NCBI GenBank assembly: GCA_000934665.2
Contig: KZ538890.1
Span: 1-41,985, forward strand
Length of the DNA: 41,985 nt
From: Catajapyx aquilonaris
Lineage: Eukaryota
Direction of reading: 5' to 3'
The position numbers and the translations under genes are program-made. The stretch's first letter is position 1. Each line of letters starts with the position of its first letter. Of this stretch, positions 36,021 through 41,985 are shown one piece after another. The notes beneath the pieces were generated by a model that saw nothing but the letters and a program-made list of their open reading frames with translations, was not told the DNA's origin and did not search any database.

Positions 36021-39000
36021 CAAAGTGATTGTATTACTTTATGAGGAAAAATGTTTATTTCCTTTCATGCCAGTTGAACAGATTTCGCCCCCCCCCNCCC
36101 CCCCCCCGTAATACAGTAATTACCTCGGCATTGTAATGGCCTGCTGTGTTGCATGACACAATGAATTTTTTTGAGAATTTTTGGGCATGTTAAAATCTTT
36201 TGGGAGTTCTAGTGAAACCTGCCCATAACGAAACATGTGGCTTTGGTAGCACCATGCCCATTACAGAGTATAGTTGTTAGCTCCTAGCAGGGAATTCTCT
36301 ATTTTTTTTGCAAAATTGGCACTTGCACAATTTTCCACTGTAGATTGAAGCCGCTTAATGTACCTGATTCAGTGTATAACCAAATCTAGTAATATTTTTA
36401 TCTTATTGTTCCAGTTTCAGTTGGTATTTCATTCAGGCTGCCTGCATTTGAATCCGGATGGGATCGAAATGTACATACTGCACTTTAGTACTCAAAAAGA
36501 AAGAATTTTAGAATATTTCAATGTGAAATCGTATCCATCTTTTTGAGAAGCATGGTACACCCATTGGTACACCATTACGGATCTGACTTGCTTAAAGAAG
36601 TTGTCCAGTTATGTTTTTACATTTTCCATTCCTGCATGTGAAGGAAGGCAACGCTGTCAGCAGAGCTCAAATATTGGTTTTCATAATCCAAAGGTGGGCG
36701 TTTTATCTTGCATACATGTACAGTACCATGTGCTTCATAATTATTTTTCTTCCATACATCCATCATCATTAACTATCTCTCCATAATGTCACAGCATTTA
36801 TTGCAGCGCACTTTTACCCTCCGTGAAGAACGGATAATCCGCACCCAGCTAATCGGGAGTAGGCTACTACAGTGTGTATCATTCATGAATAAATTCTTTC
36901 CCACAGGAAATTCTCATGTCGCCTCTGCCATGTCAAAAATTCTTTGGAACCAGAGGGCAACTACAATAATACAACTGTAAAAGGTGGAATATTCTTATCC
37001 AGCATTTAAAAATAAATTAAATTATTCATAAATATTGTATAACACTGACTCAAGCCTGGGACAAGTTCATCCAATGAACCACTGTCAGAACACACACGAT
37101 GCTAGACCTTGCCAAACAAGCTAGCAAATCTGTGCAGAAAATTACTTCCTGAAAAAAAGGCGGTGCGGTATATCATGTAGATTCCCACCACGACTGGTGC
37201 AAGTGAAGGTTCCACTGTAGGTATTGTTGGGAAGTAACAGTGCCACTCTATGGAAAAATTGTGCACAAAATACAGAACTATTATTCAACATTTAGACTGA
37301 GTACAGTACAGCTGTGATTGTTTTCAGAAAAATCCGAGACGGTCTAGCAACATTTAGGCCCACCTGATTGGGAAAAAACTGCTATATTTGAGGATTTTGG
37401 TTTTTTGACTGCCCCCAGGTCAAAAACAAAATGAATGCCCATTATGAGTTACGAATGACCTAAGGAACATGGAAACAGCAATGAATTTCCATGGACAAAT
37501 ACCGTGTCACATAGTGTAATAATCCAAAACATGGATAATCGGTAGTGCATTTCCAACATTATTCTGGTTGTAGTAGGTCATTCACTCGGTCTGCATTTTT
37601 GACCCAGTGCAGTGCCACTAACGAAATTTCCACAAATTTGTTCTGTGTATGCAACAAAGCAAGATTGTCACAGGAGCCCAAATTGTGACGTTTGAACCCA
37701 AAGGTGGATGTCATTTTGGATACACTGCATTTATTGTAACATAGCTTTAGGGGGCATAGCAGGTCCTGGACATCCCAGCCATGATTGGAGTTGATGATGG
37801 TTCAAGAGCACAGTATTACTGGGAAGTAGCCTTGTCACTAAAAAGGAGAGTTTTGCTCAGAACAATGCACAACTGTTATTCAACACTTAGACCAACGGTT
37901 CACTTTAATGCCTTCAGAGTAGAAAATTACAAAATGGAATAGTTCAATAATACAGATAGTACCCATTTTATGCCACTTCATTTTACACTGATTCACATTC
38001 ACACATAGGTTTCAAAAATTACCTGTGACTCAATTTTAACTGGGAAAATTCCAAAAACAAAAATAGAATATAACAAAACAACAAACATAAATACATTGCT
38101 GCAACACTTCTGAGACCATACACACTAAAGTACAGTATAGACGCTTCTTTTGTTTCCATGGAGCACTGTTGGAAGGAAGGTGTACAGATATACATATTTG
38201 TACAATTGTATTATTGGTGTGTGCACTCCTTGAAGTAATTTATACATTGTTACAGTACACTGTGTGCATTACAGTTTTTGTAAAAAAAAAAAATGAAAGG
38301 GGCTCGGAGAACCCAATGGCCACCAACCTGGAATCTCCCTTTAAACATAAGCATTAAATTAATGCTTCAAAATAATACTCAGCAATAAAAACATAAATAA
38401 TAGCAAGAGCGATAATATAGTACTGAATATCTTGGCACCTATCTCCGTCACTTACATTATACTATATTTTTGTCTCACTATTCAGTTGATCCCAATTCAC
38501 TTTACACTGCTGTGTTGCTGGAACTAATTACAGGCATAAAACAAGTACTCGTAGTTTCTGTACCACTCCTTCAAAACTCACACAGTATAGCATGAGAGTC
38601 TGCTACAATACAAACCAATTATTGAATAGCTTCAATAATTGATTTGTAACAGACTCTCAATCTGTCTAAAGGAGCAGCTCTGCTCTTTCTTCAGACAGAT
38701 TACATCAGGCAGAGGCAGGTACGGTTACATGGAATACCTTGGAACATCACACGTGGTCAGTACCCTGCAGCCCAACTCATAGAAATACTATGTATAACCC
38801 TGTTCAAACAAAAAGTACGTTATAAAGTAGCTGAGCATGTTCCCCAAGAGCTAAGGCAATCTCTGCATGAAGAAAAAAAAAGGATGTACATCACCGCTCA
38901 TTTATTTCAATACACCAACGAAATAATCAATTATTCAGAAAGTAATGAACCAAAGCAGCTAGTTTGTGATAAATATGGATTTAATATTAGACAAATAAAC

Positions 39001-39024
39001 GTATTTTGAACTCATACATACATT

Positions 39025-39137
39025 GGGTGTAATTTTCGTCCCACTGCTAGTCACTGCTAACCCAGCAGTACCAGTGCCAATGCTGGTGCTGCTAAGTCAG
39101 CAGTAACTAGTCTCAGCAAGGAACTAAAGTGCCACCC
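39025..39137. mobile_element. Small palindromic MITE with 3-bp TSD ATT
   Basis: ATT|GGGTGTAATTTTCGTCCCACTGCTAG...CCACCC|ATT; third copy of the family. Confidence 0.75.
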
Positions 39138-39757
39138 ATTGTTTACAAATGAATTCTGCTTCTTTTCCTTAGATTTTTCTTTCCTGAAAGTATCCACACT
39201 AAGCAGCAATCACAGCAGTGCAAACACAGGGCATTCTGTCAATTAATTGGTTTAAAGTTTCAGCCCTAATTAGAGTCCACTTCTCTTGTAGCAACTCCCA
39301 GAGATTATTTTGGCTCATTTATACTTGCATCAGTTGCATGTCTCAAATAGGCCTGTACAGATGATGATCCCAAAGGATTTCAACTGGATTAGATGTTGGA
39401 ACCAAACACCTCAAACTTAGATTTGTCTGTGATAAGAACCTTCTTCTACTGAGTAGTGGCGCAAGTCCGGTACTGTGTAGCCAATAAGAGGCTATTCTCT
39501 TTATTACTGGGCCTAAGGCTCTGATCAGTGGTTTTCAGTCTGCAAAAAACTAGCTTCTTTTGTTCATTAGTTCCCAAATAAATGACTATTCACGTGGTGT
39601 ATTGAAATTAATGAGCGGTATTGAGCAAGATCACTGAAATCACACTACAGTCGACTCCAGATAGAGCTGTCAAGGGACCACAGCAATCAGTATCCCATGT
39701 AACCATGGTCTTAGAAGAATAGGTCGGGACACTCGCCGCAATCTTGCGTGCCATTAA

Positions 39758-39982
39758 CCCTTCCCGCATTGGCGCTAGTATATCTGGAATGGAATCATGC
39801 TGTGGAAGTCGCTGCATATAGCAACTGGCAACCCTGACGGTACAACTCTGCATTAACACCTAGCTACTGATAGCGATACACCAAGATGCAGAGTTGTACC
39901 GTCAGGGTCACTAGTCGCTATGATGCAGCCAGTTCCATAGCGTTATTTTATTGCAGATATACTAGCGTCAATGCGGGAAGAG
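39758..39982. mobile_element. piggyBac-like MITE
   Basis: TTAA|CCCTTCCCGCATTGGCGCTAGTATATCTG ... CAGATATACTAGCGTCAATGCGGGAAGAG|ATAA; ~95-bp imperfect arms. Confidence 0.75.
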
Positions 39983-40240
39983 ATAACGGCACAGCTATTT
40001 ATATTGGCCTGGGATAGAAGTGTCAGGTGGCGGCACGTAACCAAGGTTCCTTATATCCAAATGCACGGGCCACGTATGGAAGTGTGCTGGGACTGACCTT
40101 TTGAGTTGGCTATAACTGAGGGGGTCGCCTTTAGCTAAGGCTCTTACATCTGGAGTTGATTGTATAATGCTCCATTTATATTGTGGCACTAACTTTCTTT
40201 ACACTTCACGTCTTATTTTCTCTAGTAACTAGCCATAATT

Positions 40241-41735
40241 TCAATCAGCATAATGATCATGACTAAAATCATAATTGACAGAGACTCTCATATCATATTG
40301 CTGCAGCTGATTGGACAATTCATGAGCATAGTTGGGTGAAAGAATCAGCTCATCTCCATGCAATTCAACAATTTCCAAATAATCTCCACATGAATCCAAA
40401 ATGATTGGAATCACATCCTCTTTCATGCTGTTGTCACGCAACTTCAGTGTACGCAACTCCTTCAAGTTGGCATTACACAGAAGTTCATAAACATTGGATT
40501 TTACACATGTGTGACTGACATGAAGATACTTCAATTTGCCACAGAAGGGAATGAGATACCTCATGTGTGGCACCGACACATTGACAATAATCAACACTTC
40601 TAGAGCTTGAAATCCAGTATTTGTCACTTCACATGGAAGATCATGTTTCATGTGCAGTGTAATTGTTGTCAAATAGTTTAAGAGACTTTAGATTAGGGAA
40701 AATCTCCCTTATTCCTGCCACATTGACACCAGTACAATCAGAAATGAGCAGAGACTCAAGTTTTGGGCATGAGACATTCACATTTTGCCTTAAGAGAGAG
40801 TCAAGGTCAGTAATATCATACAAGAATAGTTCTTGGAGTCCAAATAAACACTTGTCCATCAGGAAAAGAAGGTTTGAAGCATTCCCATAATATAATGTCA
40901 AGCACTTCAGGTGTTCCAGTTCACTAATCAAGTGAGCATGTGAACTGTTAACCCTGATCAGGGTCAGCTTCTCAAGGTCTGGAAAATGAGCTACAACATT
41001 TTGCACAGAAGCAGCATCACTTGCATCCAGGCCTGAAACAAAGTCCTTCAACTTATATGTACACTTGCACATTGGAAGGACTCCTGTGAGACATTTCCTC
41101 TCCATTTGCAATATTTCCAGATTGGGAAGATTGTCAAGCAGGTGTATGGCTACCTCAGGAGTCATGAAACCACCAATAAATCTGTTCAGGTACTTGCACT
41201 TTGAGAGCAGTATTAGTGCGGATGTAGTGGAATCCACTCGTAAGGAATCATAAGATATTGAAATATCTTCCAAGCGTGGGCAGTTTTCAATAACTTGCTG
41301 CAAGAGCAGTGGTTGGTTCTTTAACGAAACCTTAATGGAGCGCAAGTTGGTCAGTTTGGGGAATTGAAAATCTTCCCATACCTTGTTCTGGGGTAGCCAT
41401 AAATTAAGAGTAGATTCCATATTGATCAGATCACTCATGACATGAAGACTGCGTAATTTCTGGACAGACGAAATATAAAATGCCCCAGAACCCTTTCCGC
41501 TCATCACTGTGCATTTGGGATGAAAAGCACTAGTAAAGTCAAAGCGTTCTCTTTTCTTTGAACCCATCCTAAAGACCTCATCAACATATTCGTTTGCAAA
41601 TGTATTTGGAATGTCCTGCACATATCGTTGAATCTCTTGTTGTTGTTTGGCCTTTGCACATGAGTCTACTACGAGCTTGGCCACGGCATGCAGACTTGAG
41701 GACCTGAGACTTTGAGGCTGCTTTCTTCTTGGCAT
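40241..41735 (-). pseudogene. LRR-3: third BC-box/LRR paralogue broken by a 7-bp duplication frameshift at 40641-40653
   Basis: MPRRKQPQSLRSSSLHAV...IPNTFANEY; the frame ends ...YTAHET* and homology resumes in another frame (HDLPCEV...ANLKELRTL...QQYDMR); TCATGT-T-TCATGT at the break; acceptor ttctggcag 3 nt before the ATG. Confidence 0.85.
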
Positions 41736-41985
41736 GATCTGCCAGAAGAAAGAAAATAATGCTTTAGTATCCATGTCTGATAATAATTACATGGGACCTG
41801 TCAAGCAGCATTTCTTGTCACATTTTATCAGTACTCTTTTGAGAAAAATTGATGAAACTGTTGATTTTTGGTAGAACATCCCCCTTCAGCAATTGATGCA
41901 GACATGCCTGCTTCCGCCCAGGCAGCCAGCTTTGAGAAATAGTGTAGGGGTGTAGCAGGGCCGCATTAAGGTTTTTTGCGCCCCA

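Noticed and set aside
39453..39500. tRNA/SINE A-box-like TGGCGCAAGTCCGG
   Set aside because: No B-box or cloverleaf follows
41957..41985. Possible hAT-type terminus CAGGGCCGCATTAAGG
   Set aside because: Cut off by the window end; partner TIR and TSD cannot be seen

Overview
Eukaryotic animal DNA, probably an arthropod (spliceosomal introns, many mariner/MITE-type elements); two short N gaps at 9691-9709 and 36097. Recognisable genes: a three-exon Pin1 (+), then a head-to-tail minus-strand array LRR-1 / UBE2S / LRR-2 / SGT1 (CS+SGS domains, no TPR exons found) / LRR-3 (frameshifted). The three LRR paralogues start with a BC-box plus Cul2-box-like motif, so they look like Cullin2-ElonginBC substrate receptors, and they differ mostly at the exposed positions of the LRR beta-strands. 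The most striking observation is that the unrelated UBE2S and SGT1 coding regions are flanked by sequence homologous to the LRR genes' flanks: SGT1 shares promoter, intron and 3' blocks, and UBE2S shares 3' blocks. The array therefore looks like a tandemly duplicated expression cassette carrying different ubiquitin-pathway payloads (receptors, an E2, an LRR-protein co-chaperone). Paralogous flanks also show empty insertion sites, including a TSD-less insertion into AAA|TTT (Spy-like). No convincing gene was found in 1-9.4 kb. All alignments were done by eye.
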